A stretch of 29,469 bases of DNA from an uncultured Oscillospiraceae bacterium (GTDB lineage Bacteria > Bacillota > Clostridia > Oscillospirales > Oscillospiraceae): positions 1 through 29,469 of the forward strand of contig CAYSNK010000002.1 of the NCBI GenBank assembly GCA_964432375.1, in the 5' to 3' direction. Positions 6,918-15,134 of this stretch are shown here, piece after piece. Position numbers and translations under genes: made by a program. Within the stretch, counting starts at the first letter, position 1. Each line of letters starts with the position of its first letter. The notes under the pieces are model-generated. The model was not told the DNA's origin. It searched no databases and saw only the letters and a program-made list of their open reading frames with translations.

Positions 6918-7625
6918 ATGGAGGAGCGCCTGCAAAAGCTCATATCCGCCGCCGGAATTGCCTCCCGCCGCCAGGCGGAGGCGTACATAAAGGCGGGACG
7001 GGTCACGGTGAACGGGGCGGTGGCCCGGCTTGGGGACCGGGCGGATGTCCGGCGGGACGAGATCTGCCTGGACGGAACGCCGGTGAAGCCGGCGGAGCGG
7101 CTGGTCTACCTGATGCTGAACAAGCCCAGGGGCTATGTGACCACGCTGGCGGATGAAAAGGGGCGGAAAACTGCGGCCCAGCTTGTGGCGGGCTGCGGAG
7201 CCAGGGTCTACCCCGTGGGGCGGCTGGACATGGATTCCGAGGGGCTGCTGCTCTTTACCAACGACGGCGGCCTGGCCAACCGGCTGCTCCACCCCCGGAA
7301 TCAGGTGGAAAAGGAATATCAGGTGCAGGTGAGGGGAAACTGGAAAGCGGCGCTGCCCATCCTGCGGGGCCCCATGGCGCTGGACGGCTGCCCGCTGGCC
7401 CCGGCCCGGGTGGAGCTGCTGGAGGGCAGGGGCCGGATCGCCCGGATGACCTTCGTCATCCACGAGGGAAAGAACCGCCAGATCCGCCGGATGTGCGAGG
7501 CGGCGGGGGTTCAGGTCTTGCGGCTGAAGCGCGTGCGGGAAGGCAGTCTGGAGCTGGGGGATCTGCCCCCGGGCGCGTGGCGGAGCCTGACGCCGGAGGA
7601 GCTCGAAAAGCTCCGGGGAATATGA
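6918..7625 (+). CDS. rluB: Ribosomal large-subunit pseudouridine synthase (RluB/RsuA family)
   Basis: S4 domain ERLQKLISAAGIASRR, LNKPRGYVTT, catalytic VGRLDMDSEGLLLFTNDG, EGKNRQIRRM. ATG 6918 after GAGAGGAG. Confidence 0.9.
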   Translation: MEERLQKLISAAGIASRRQAEAYIKAGRVTVNGAVARLGDRADVRRDEICLDGTPVKPAERLVYLMLNKPRGYVTTLADEKGRKTAAQLVAGCGARVYPVGRLDMDSEGLLLFTNDGGLANRLLHPRNQVEKEYQVQVRGNWKAALPILRGPMALDGCPLAPARVELLEGRGRIARMTFVIHEGKNRQIRRMCEAAGVQVLRLKRVREGSLELGDLPPGAWRSLTPEELEKLRGI

Positions 7626-7780
7626 AAGTATCCTGCCCGGGCTTGCAGGGCCGGCGGGACGGCTGCCGGAAAAATTGGCGGTTTTGCCGGGAAACTCCCG
7701 GGGCGGGACGGCGGAGATTTGTCTGTTTCGGCGTATGAGCGGGGTTTGAATGTGGTGAAATGAATCCTGCAAAAAAATGC

Positions 7781-7809
7781 TTGCAATTTCCCATTGGATG
7801 GGCTATATT
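7781..7809 (+). promoter_or_regulatory. Sigma-A promoter of the RpiR regulator
   Basis: TTGCAA (7781-7786), 17 nt, TATATT (7804-7809), with upstream A-tract. Confidence 0.7.
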
Positions 7810-7867
7810 TATTGCGTGAATTTCAGGCCGCCCCCGGGCGGCCCTGTCAAAGCGGAAGGGAATTTGT

Positions 7868-8755
7868 ATGGCTAGAGATATTTTATCCACCATTCAAAAT
7901 AGAATGAGTACATTTTCCAAGGGCCAGAAGCAGATCGCCAGATTTATTCTGGAGTCCTATGACAAGGCTGCCTTTATGACCGCCAGCAAGCTGGGCAGGA
8001 CGGTGAACGTCAGCGAATCCACCGTGGTTCGCTTTGCCGCCGAGCTGGGCTACGACGGATACCCCAGTATGCAGAAGGATCTGCAGGAGATGATTCGCAG
8101 CAAGCTGACCACGGTGCAGAGGATCGAGGTCAGCAACAACCGGATCACCGATCAGGATGTGATGGCCCAGGTCATGCAGTCGGATATTGAGAAGATACGC
8201 CTGACCCTAGAGGAAACCGACCGGGATGCCTTTGATCGGGCAGTGGAGGATATTATTTCCGCCCGCCGCATCTATATTCTGGGCGTGCGCTCCGCCAGTA
8301 CCATTGCAAACTTCATCAGCTTTTACTTCAATTTGATCTTTGACAATGTGGTGACGGTTTACACCAACTCGGTCAGCGAGGTCTTTGAACAGATCATGCG
8401 GATCGGGCCGGAGGATGTGTTTATCGGCGTCTCCTTCCCCCGCTATTCCACCCGCACCGTCAAATCCATGCGCTTTGCCAAGAACCAGGGGGCAAAGGTC
8501 ATCGCAATTACGGACAGCCTGCATTCCCCCCTGGCCCGCCTTGCGGATGAAACGCTGCTGGCCAAGAGCGACATGGCCTCCTTTGTGGACTCCCTGGTGG
8601 CGCCGCTGAGCCTGGTCAACGCGCTGATCGTGGCCATCGGACGGAAGAAGAACCAGGATTTGCCCGCAACCTTCAGCCGTCTGGAGCAGGTCTGGGCTGA
8701 GTATGACGTCTATGAAACCCCGGAGGACGAGGAAGCTGATCTGGGCAGCCTTTGA
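7868..8755 (+). CDS. MurR/RpiR family transcriptional regulator (HTH plus SIS domain)
   Basis: FSKGQKQIARFI, LGRTVNVSESTVVRFAAELGYDGY, RIYILGVRSA, SFPRYS, VIAITDSLHSPLA. Confidence 0.92.
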   Translation: MARDILSTIQNRMSTFSKGQKQIARFILESYDKAAFMTASKLGRTVNVSESTVVRFAAELGYDGYPSMQKDLQEMIRSKLTTVQRIEVSNNRITDQDVMAQVMQSDIEKIRLTLEETDRDAFDRAVEDIISARRIYILGVRSASTIANFISFYFNLIFDNVVTVYTNSVSEVFEQIMRIGPEDVFIGVSFPRYSTRTVKSMRFAKNQGAKVIAITDSLHSPLARLADETLLAKSDMASFVDSLVAPLSLVNALIVAIGRKKNQDLPATFSRLEQVWAEYDVYETPEDEEADLGSL

Positions 8756-8767
8756 GAGGGAGAGCGC

Positions 8768-8797
8768 AAAGCCGCGGCAGTGGTTGCCGCGGCTTTT
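8768..8797 (+). terminator. Terminator-like stem-loop after the RpiR gene
   Basis: AAAGCCGCGGCA(8768-8779)/TGCCGCGGCTTT(8785-8796), loop GTGGT, short T4 tail. Confidence 0.65.
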
Positions 8798-8813
8798 ACG
8801 GAGGTAAGCGGTT

Positions 8814-10079
8814 TTGACGGAGAGGAAGCACATTCTGGTGGTTGGCGGCGGCCCCGCCGGCATGATGGCGGCGATTGCTGCCGCAGAGCGGGGCTGCCGG
8901 GTGACCCTGGTGGAGCGCAATCAGAAGCTGGGGCGCAAGCTGTATATTACGGGAAAGGGCCGGTGCAACGTCACCAACCACTGTACCTGGGAGGAGACCC
9001 TGAAAAACATTCCCCGGAACCACAAATTCCTGTATAGCGCCATGTCCGCCTGGGGGCCGAAGGATACGGAGGCATTTTTCGAGGCCCTGGGGGTAAAACT
9101 GAAGGTGGAGCGGGGGAACCGGGTGTTCCCCGCCAGCGACCGGGCGGCGGATATCGTGGACGCCCTGTTCTTCCGGATAAAGCGGCTGCGGGTCGGCATT
9201 GTCACCGGCGCGGCGGAGTCCCTGCTGACAGACCATGGCCGGGCGGCGGGGGCGAAGCTGGAGGACGGAAGGAGCCTGGAGGCCGATGGAGTGATTCTTG
9301 CCACCGGCGGCCTCTCCTATCCCCTGACCGGCTCCACCGGAGACGGCTATCGCATGGCCCGGGAGGTGGGGCACACCATTGTGGCCCCCAAGCCCTCCCT
9401 GGTTCCCCTGGTGGAGGAGGGGGACACCTGCGCCAGGATGCAGGGCCTCTCCCTGAAGAATATTGAAATCAAGGTGAAAAATCAGAAAAATCAGGTGGTT
9501 GATTCGGAATTTGGGGAGCTGCTGTTCACCCATTTCGGGCTGTCCGGCCCGGTGGTTCTGAGCGCCAGCGCCACCATGAAGGACTTTGACAAAAACAGAT
9601 TTTCCGTTATAATAGATCTGAAGCCCGCGCTGGATGAGAAGAAGCTGGACGCCAGGGTCTTGCGGGAGCTGGAAGAGAATCCGAACCGGGATTACCAGAA
9701 CATCCTCTCCCGCCTGGTGCCCCGGCTGATGGTGCCGGTGCTGGCGGAGCGCACAGGGGTACCCGGGGACACCAAGGCAAATTCCGTGACCCGCGCCCAG
9801 CGGCGGGCCCTGGTGGAGGAACTGAAGGGGTTTCAGGTGCCCATCGCCGGCCCGAGGCCGGTGGAGGAGGCGATTGTCACCTCCGGCGGCGTGAAGGTCA
9901 GCGAAGTGAACCCGGGCACCATGGAATCGAAAAAGCTGCCCGGCCTGTATTTCGCCGGGGAACTGCTGGATGTAGACGGTTACACCGGCGGCTTTAATCT
10001 GCAAATTGCCTGGGCCACCGGCCATGCCGCCGGAGTTCACAGCGCGGAGCAAATCGGAAAGGAACCGGATGGGTTATGA
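8814..10079 (+). CDS. NAD(P)/FAD-dependent oxidoreductase, HI0933/YhiN/BaiN-like family
   Basis: GGGPAGMMAA, GRKLYITGKGRCNVTN, GRVFP, LATGG.SYP.TGSTGDGY, LFTHFGLSGP, VTSGGV, GELLDVDGYTGGFNLQ. TTG start after GGAGGT. Confidence 0.92.
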   Translation: MTERKHILVVGGGPAGMMAAIAAAERGCRVTLVERNQKLGRKLYITGKGRCNVTNHCTWEETLKNIPRNHKFLYSAMSAWGPKDTEAFFEALGVKLKVERGNRVFPASDRAADIVDALFFRIKRLRVGIVTGAAESLLTDHGRAAGAKLEDGRSLEADGVILATGGLSYPLTGSTGDGYRMAREVGHTIVAPKPSLVPLVEEGDTCARMQGLSLKNIEIKVKNQKNQVVDSEFGELLFTHFGLSGPVVLSASATMKDFDKNRFSVIIDLKPALDEKKLDARVLRELEENPNRDYQNILSRLVPRLMVPVLAERTGVPGDTKANSVTRAQRRALVEELKGFQVPIAGPRPVEEAIVTSGGVKVSEVNPGTMESKKLPGLYFAGELLDVDGYTGGFNLQIAWATGHAAGVHSAEQIGKEPDGL

Positions 10080-10774
10080 ATTGCAATATTGCCATCGACG
10101 GCCCTGCCGGTGCGGGAAAGAGCACCGCTGCCAGGCGCCTGGCCAAGGAGCTGGGCTATCTCTATGTGGACACCGGAGCCATCTACCGGACGGTGGGGCT
10201 GTATGCCCGCCGGAACGGGATCGCCCCGGAGGATGGGGAGGGGATCGCCGCCCTGCTGCCGGAGATCCGAATCGACCTCTGCTATGGGGCGGACGGTGTC
10301 CAGAGAATGATTCTGAACGGGGAGGATGTCAGCGGCGAGATCCGCACCCCCGAGATCTCCGCCTATGCCTCCGGAGTGGCTGCGGTTCCGGCGGTCCGGG
10401 CCTTCCTGCTGGGGATGCAGCGGGAGCTGGCCGGAAAGGGGAAGGTTGTGATGGACGGCCGGGATATTGGCACGGTGGTTCTGCCTGATGCCGCGGTGAA
10501 GATTTTTCTCACCGCGTCTCCGGAGACCCGGGCCAGGCGCCGCTATCTGGAGCTGAAAGCGAAGGGCTCCCGGCAGTCCTATGAACAGGTGCTGGCGGAG
10601 GTGCTCCAAAGGGATAACCAGGACGCCACCCGGACGGTTGCTCCCCTGAAACAGGCCGAGGACGCGGTGCTGGCCGATACAAGCGCGCTGGATTTGGAGG
10701 AGAGCGTGGCGCTTCTCCTGCGGATCGTCCGGGAAAAATTAGCCGACAGGTTGGTGACGGAAGATGGAAGCTGA
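10076..10774 (+). CDS. cmk: Cytidylate kinase
   Basis: IAIDGPAGAGKST, YVDTGAIYR, VMDGRDIGTVVLP, KIFLTASPETRARRR. ATGA overlap with the previous gene. Confidence 0.96.
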   Translation: MNCNIAIDGPAGAGKSTAARRLAKELGYLYVDTGAIYRTVGLYARRNGIAPEDGEGIAALLPEIRIDLCYGADGVQRMILNGEDVSGEIRTPEISAYASGVAAVPAVRAFLLGMQRELAGKGKVVMDGRDIGTVVLPDAAVKIFLTASPETRARRRYLELKAKGSRQSYEQVLAEVLQRDNQDATRTVAPLKQAEDAVLADTSALDLEESVALLLRIVREKLADRLVTEDGS

Positions 10775-11420
10775 AAACAACAGAAGCAGGAAAAAAACCG
10801 TGGATTTTGAAACCAAACGGAAGAAGATCAACCGGATGTTTCAGTTTATCTACCTGATCGTGTGGCCCTTTTTTAATCTGGTTCATCCCATCAAGGTGCT
10901 GCATAAGGAGCGCCTCCCCCAGGGGGCCGCATTGGTGTGCCCCAACCACACCTCCCTGTCCGATCCGGTTATTATGATGCTGGCGGGGGGCCGAAAGGCC
11001 GGAATCCGGGCCATGGCCAAGCAGGAGCTGCTGGACACGCCTGTCCTGGGCAAAATCGTGGCGGCACTGGGGGTGTTTGGCGTCCGCCGGGGGGCTGCCG
11101 ACGTGGGCGCCGTTAAGACGGCCATCCGCTATCTGAAGGCGGGGGATAAGGTCATCATGTTCCCGGAGGGGACCCGCGCCGCCGAGGGCCAGGATCTGGA
11201 GGCCAAAAATGGGGTGGCCATGATCGCGCTGAGAACCGGCGCGCCCATTTTCCCGGTTTATATCCAGCCGAAGAAGCGCTGGTTCCGCTGGACCTATGTG
11301 GTGTATGGGGAGCCGTTCTACCCGGCCTGCGAGCATAAGCGCCCCACAGAGGAGGATTACCACCGAATCGGCCTGGAGTGGAAGAAGCGGGTGCAGGAAC
11401 TGGGAGAGAGCGTGAAATGA
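10764..11420 (+). CDS. plsC: 1-acyl-sn-glycerol-3-phosphate acyltransferase
   Basis: NHTSLSD (HX4D), MAKQEL, GVFGVRRG, FPEGTR. Start uncertain; a later ATG near 10836 is possible. Confidence 0.85.
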   Translation: MEAENNRSRKKTVDFETKRKKINRMFQFIYLIVWPFFNLVHPIKVLHKERLPQGAALVCPNHTSLSDPVIMMLAGGRKAGIRAMAKQELLDTPVLGKIVAALGVFGVRRGAADVGAVKTAIRYLKAGDKVIMFPEGTRAAEGQDLEAKNGVAMIALRTGAPIFPVYIQPKKRWFRWTYVVYGEPFYPACEHKRPTEEDYHRIGLEWKKRVQELGESVK

Positions 11421-13351
11421 CCGTTACACTGGCAGAATCCGCCGGCTTCTGCTATGGCGTGAAGCGGGCGGTTGACCTGGCGGAGCAGACTGCGGAGGAC
11501 GGCGGGCCCTGCGCCATGCTGGGCCCGGTGATCCACAATGCCCATGTTGTGGCGGAACTGGAGGCCAAGGGAATGAGGTGTATCGCCGCCCCCGAGGAGG
11601 CGGAGCCCGGCACAAGGGTGATCATCCGCTCCCACGGCGAGCCCCGAAGCACCTACGAGCGGCTGGAACGGGCCGGGGCCGTGATCCTGGACGCGACCTG
11701 CCCGAACGTGTCCCGCATCCACAGGCTGGTGGCCCGGGCGGGGGAAGCCGGGCGGATTCCCATTGTCGTGGGGGCCCGGGCCCACCCCGAGGTGGTGGCC
11801 ATCGCGGGCTGGAATGAGAACGCGGTGATCGTGGAGAACGGGGCAGAGCTGAAAACCTGGCTGGAGGAAGTCCCCGGCCGGGAGAATTTGCCCCTGACCT
11901 TTGTTTCTCAGACCACTTCCACCCGGGTTATTTGGGAAAAATGTATAGAAAATGCAAAAAAGGTGTGTACAAACGCCGAAATCTTTGATACAATATGTAA
12001 TGCTACCTGTCGCCGCCAGTCAGAGGCGCAGAGGTTGGCATCTGCCTGTGACGCGATGATCGTCATTGGAGACCGGAAAAGCTCCAATACCCGGCACCTG
12101 GCCGAGCTGTGTGGGGAAAACTGCCCCACCGTCTGCTGGATTGAGAGCGCGGACGAATTAGACCCTCAGTCCCTGGCCCAGGCAGAATTTATTGGGATCA
12201 CAGCGGGCGCATCAACGCCCGGGTGGATAATTAAGGAGGTAAAAAACAAAATGAGCGAGGAAATTATGGAGATCGAAAAATCTTTCGCGGAGATGCTGGA
12301 GGAGTCGATCAAAACTTTAAATACAGGAGATAAGGTAGTTGGTACTGTCGTAGGCATCACACCTACTGAAGTCCAGGTTGAACTGGGCACCAAGCACGCG
12401 GGCATCATCCCTACCACGGAACTGACCGACAATCCCTCTGTGAAGGTGGAGGACGTTGTCCACATCGGCGACCAGATCGAGACTTATGTGATGCGGGTCA
12501 ATGACCAGGAGGGCATTGCCACCCTGTCCAAGAAGCGCCTGGACTCCGTCAAGAATTGGGACGACATTGAGGCCGCCCGGGAGAACAAGACCGTGGTGGA
12601 GGGCACTGTTACCGAAACCAACAAGGGCGGCGTTGTGGTGAACGTTCACGGGATTCGGGTGTTTGTGCCCGCCTCCCAGACCGGCCTGCCCCGCAATGCC
12701 GACATGGAGAGCCTGGTCAAGACCACGGTTCGCCTGCGCATCACCGAGGTCACCCGGGCCCGCCGCCGGGTGGTTGGCTCCATCCGGGCGGTTGCCGCTG
12801 AGGAGCGGGCCGCGAAAGCCGCCGCCGTCTGGGAGTCCATCGAGCCCGGCAAGAGATACACCGGCGTTGTCAAGAGCCTGACCTCCTACGGCGCGTTCGT
12901 GGACATCGGCGGCGTGGACGGCATGGTTCACATCTCCGCCCTGTCCTGGAGCCGCATCAAGCATCCCTCCGAGGTTGTTTCCGTGGGAGACACCGTTGAG
13001 GTTTATGTGATCTCCGCTGACCCTGAGAAGAAGAAGATCTCCCTGGGCATGAAGAATCCCGACGAGAACCCCTGGGAAATCTTCACCAGCAAGTATCAGG
13101 CCGGGGATGTTGCAACCGTTAAGGTCGTCAAGCTGATGACCTTCGGCGCCTTTGCCGAGATCGTCCCGGGAGTGGACGGGCTGATCCACATTTCCCAGAT
13201 CGCGGATCACCGCATCGGGAAGCCCAGCGACGTCCTGTCCGAGGGCCAGGTCGTAGACGTGAAGATCACCGACATCGACATGGAGAGGAAGAGAGTTTCC
13301 CTGTCCATCCGCGCCCTGCTCCAGGAGCCCGAGGAAGAGGAAGAGGAGTAA
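11417..13351 (+). CDS. ispH: Bifunctional 4-hydroxy-3-methylbut-2-enyl diphosphate reductase / 30S ribosomal protein S1 fusion
   Basis: IspH part: AGFCYGVKRA, IHNAHV, IRSHG, DATCPNV, SQTT, DTICNAT, SSNT, GITAGASTP. S1 part from M at 12251: four S1 repeats (e.g. YGAFVDIGGVDGMVHIS, FGAFAEIVPGVDGLIHISQI). ATG 11417 overlaps the plsC TGA. Confidence 0.95.
   Translation: MTVTLAESAGFCYGVKRAVDLAEQTAEDGGPCAMLGPVIHNAHVVAELEAKGMRCIAAPEEAEPGTRVIIRSHGEPRSTYERLERAGAVILDATCPNVSRIHRLVARAGEAGRIPIVVGARAHPEVVAIAGWNENAVIVENGAELKTWLEEVPGRENLPLTFVSQTTSTRVIWEKCIENAKKVCTNAEIFDTICNATCRRQSEAQRLASACDAMIVIGDRKSSNTRHLAELCGENCPTVCWIESADELDPQSLAQAEFIGITAGASTPGWIIKEVKNKMSEEIMEIEKSFAEMLEESIKTLNTGDKVVGTVVGITPTEVQVELGTKHAGIIPTTELTDNPSVKVEDVVHIGDQIETYVMRVNDQEGIATLSKKRLDSVKNWDDIEAARENKTVVEGTVTETNKGGVVVNVHGIRVFVPASQTGLPRNADMESLVKTTVRLRITEVTRARRRVVGSIRAVAAEERAAKAAAVWESIEPGKRYTGVVKSLTSYGAFVDIGGVDGMVHISALSWSRIKHPSEVVSVGDTVEVYVISADPEKKKISLGMKNPDENPWEIFTSKYQAGDVATVKVVKLMTFGAFAEIVPGVDGLIHISQIADHRIGKPSDVLSEGQVVDVKITDIDMERKRVSLSIRALLQEPEEEEEE
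11966..11994 (+). promoter_or_regulatory. Putative gene-internal sigma-A promoter for the rpsA portion
   Basis: TGTACA (11966-11971), 17 nt, extended -10 TG-a-TACAAT (11986-11994), preceded by A-tracts (11937-11961) in an AT-rich patch of an otherwise GC-rich CDS. Confidence 0.5.
12233..12253 (+). promoter_or_regulatory. Internal ribosome-binding site and in-frame ATG at the IspH/S1 junction
   Basis: AAGGAGGT (12233-12240), AAAAAACAAA, ATG 12251 in frame with the fusion. Would give a 366-aa S1. Confidence 0.75.
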
Positions 13352-13362
13352 TCTTTCCAAGG

Positions 13363-13398
13363 AAGTCCGCCCCGTTCTTTGAAACGGGGCGGATTTTT
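13363..13398 (+). terminator. Rho-independent terminator after ispH::rpsA
   Basis: TCCGCCCCGTT(13366-13376)/AACGGGGCGGA(13383-13393) followed by TTTTT. Confidence 0.88.
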
Positions 13399-13471
13399 GC
13401 GCCCATGGCGAAGGCGGGATCACAGGGCAGCTCCGATTGCTCCGGCAAGGACAGCCGGGGCAACAAAAGGA

Positions 13472-13500
13472 TTGAGAACAGACGGAAAATGAATTATAAT
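13472..13500 (+). promoter_or_regulatory. Sigma-A promoter of ispD-ispF
   Basis: TTGAGA (13472-13477), 17 nt, TATAAT (13495-13500). Confidence 0.82.
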
Positions 13501-13532
13501 TAAGATAGATCACAGGTTAGGAGGAACGGAAG

Positions 13533-14264
13533 ATGTCTGGTCTGCTTGATTTGCTGCGAAAAAGAAAACGGGAGCACCCCTACTGCGCCTGTATTGTGCC
13601 CGCCGCCGGCTCTGCCCGGCGGATGGAGGGCAAGGATAAGCTGATGGAGCCTTTGGGCGGGATTCCGATGATCCAGCGCACCCTGATGGCGCTGGAGTCC
13701 TGCCCCCTGATCGATGAGATTATTGTGGCCACCCGGGAGGATCTGATCGTCCCCATCGGCGCCCTGTGCGTGGAGAAGCGGCTGCTGAAAATCAGGAATA
13801 TCATCCGGGGCGGCGAAAGCCGGATGGAGTCCGTGTGGTTGGGCATCCAGGCCGCCAGCCCCGAGGCGGAGCTGCTGGCAATCCATGACGGCGCCCGCCC
13901 CTTCCCCAGCCAGAGGCTGCTGAAGGAGGTTCTGGAAAAGGGGGCGGAGACCGGCGCGGCAGCCCCCGCAGTTCCGGTGAAAGACACGGTCAAGCGGGCA
14001 GAGGGGGGCGTTGTGCGGGAAACGCCGGCCCGGGATACCCTCTTTGCCGTTCAGACCCCCCAGGTGTTTGAATACGGTCTGCTGAAGGGGGCCATGTCCA
14101 AAGCCATCCGGGAGGGCTGGGAGGTCACGGACGACTGCTCCGTGGTGGAGCGCATCGGGATGACGGTGACGCTGACCCGGGGCGAATACGAAAATATCAA
14201 GGTGACCACCCCCATTGACCTGGCCACCGGGGAGGCGATTGCGTTATGTCGGGAATCGGAATGA
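13533..14264 (+). CDS. ispD: 2-C-methyl-D-erythritol 4-phosphate cytidylyltransferase
   Basis: [68 protein letters not shown]. Confidence 0.95.
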   Translation: MSGLLDLLRKRKREHPYCACIVPAAGSARRMEGKDKLMEPLGGIPMIQRTLMALESCPLIDEIIVATREDLIVPIGALCVEKRLLKIRNIIRGGESRMESVWLGIQAASPEAELLAIHDGARPFPSQRLLKEVLEKGAETGAAAPAVPVKDTVKRAEGGVVRETPARDTLFAVQTPQVFEYGLLKGAMSKAIREGWEVTDDCSVVERIGMTVTLTRGEYENIKVTTPIDLATGEAIALCRESE

Positions 14265-14764
14265 GGATCGGCCACGGCTATGATGTACATCAGTTGACGG
14301 AGGGGAGGAAGCTGATCCTGGGCGGAGTGGAAATCCCCTGGGAAAAGGGGCTGCTGGGCCATTCCGACGCGGATGTGCTGGTACACGCCATCATAGACGC
14401 CCTGTTCGGCGCGGCGGCCATGGGGGATATTGGCCGGGCGTTCCCGGACAGCGACCCCGCATATCAGGGAATTGACAGTATGCTCCTGCTGGGGCGCACC
14501 CGGGAGATGCTGGAGGAGCGGGGCTGGCAGGTTGGCAATGTGGACGCCACAGTCATTGCCCAGCGCCCCAAGCTGATGGGCTATCTCCCCGCCATGAAAG
14601 CCCGCATCGCGGAGGTGCTGGGGGTCCAGCGGGAGCAGGTCAACATCAAGGCGACCACGGAGGAAAAGCTGGGCTTTACCGGACGGGGAGAGGGGATCTC
14701 CGCCCACGCGGTGGCCCTGATCTATCGGGAACCATCTGGTTCGGAAATGCCCTTCGGCGCATAG
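14261..14764 (+). CDS. ispF: 2-C-methyl-D-erythritol 2,4-cyclodiphosphate synthase
   Basis: [57 protein letters not shown] 14261 overlaps the ispD stop (ATG 14246 is an alternative). Confidence 0.95.
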   Translation: MRIGHGYDVHQLTEGRKLILGGVEIPWEKGLLGHSDADVLVHAIIDALFGAAAMGDIGRAFPDSDPAYQGIDSMLLLGRTREMLEERGWQVGNVDATVIAQRPKLMGYLPAMKARIAEVLGVQREQVNIKATTEEKLGFTGRGEGISAHAVALIYREPSGSEMPFGA

Positions 14765-14786
14765 GATGGTCTGAGGGGCGTTTGTG

Positions 14787-14793
14787 TGTCGAA
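14787..14793 (+). promoter_or_regulatory. Perfect Spo0A-box heptamer upstream of DUF3343-csd
   Basis: TGTCGAA in the ispF-DUF3343 intergenic region; a 6/7 match CGACGAA at 14850-14856. Short motif, so chance hits are possible. Confidence 0.35.
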
Positions 14794-14876
14794 ACAACGG
14801 AGACAGAACGCCTTGTGATTCATGCGGCTTCTTTCATCGGAGCTTGAATCGACGAAAAACCCTGATGGAGGCTTCT

Positions 14877-15134
14877 ATGTTTTCGTATTATTATATTATT
14901 TGCCGCTCCCTGACCTATGCCCAGCGGACGGCGGCTGCGCTGGAAAAGGCCGGGGTCCACGGCTCCCTCCTTCGTGCGCCGAAGGGGATCTCCGCCGGCG
15001 GGTGCAGCTACGCGGTGCGAATCCCGGCGAACCGGCTGAACCGTGCCCTGACCACGCTGAAGGAGGAAAGGCTGTCGCCGGTGCAGGTGTTCCTGGGCGA
15101 TACGGGCGGAGAGTTCCGGGAGGTAGACCTTTGA
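14877..15134 (+). CDS. DUF3343 family small protein (putative S/Se carrier-like)
   Basis: 85 aa; CRSLTYAQR, LLRAPKGISAGGCSYAVRI. ATG 14877 after GGAGG. Confidence 0.75.
   Translation: MFSYYYIICRSLTYAQRTAAALEKAGVHGSLLRAPKGISAGGCSYAVRIPANRLNRALTTLKEERLSPVQVFLGDTGGEFREVDL

Noticed and set aside
7626-7780. Several small GC hairpins after rluB and a GAAAT...ATTTC arrangement near the RpiR promoter
   Set aside because: Short imperfect stems without U-tracts, and asymmetric spacing. Not distinguishable from chance in GC-rich DNA.
14761-14860. Possible SigH promoter for DUF3343-csd (AGGA...GTCGAAA or ...GAAT)
   Set aside because: Spacing between AGGA-like and GAAT-like words (13 or 24 nt) does not fit the roughly 18 nt expected.
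15132-15134. TGA stop of DUF3343 as a possible selenocysteine codon
   Set aside because: It is part of a standard TTGA stop-start overlap, the protein length fits the family, and I see no SECIS-like hairpin.
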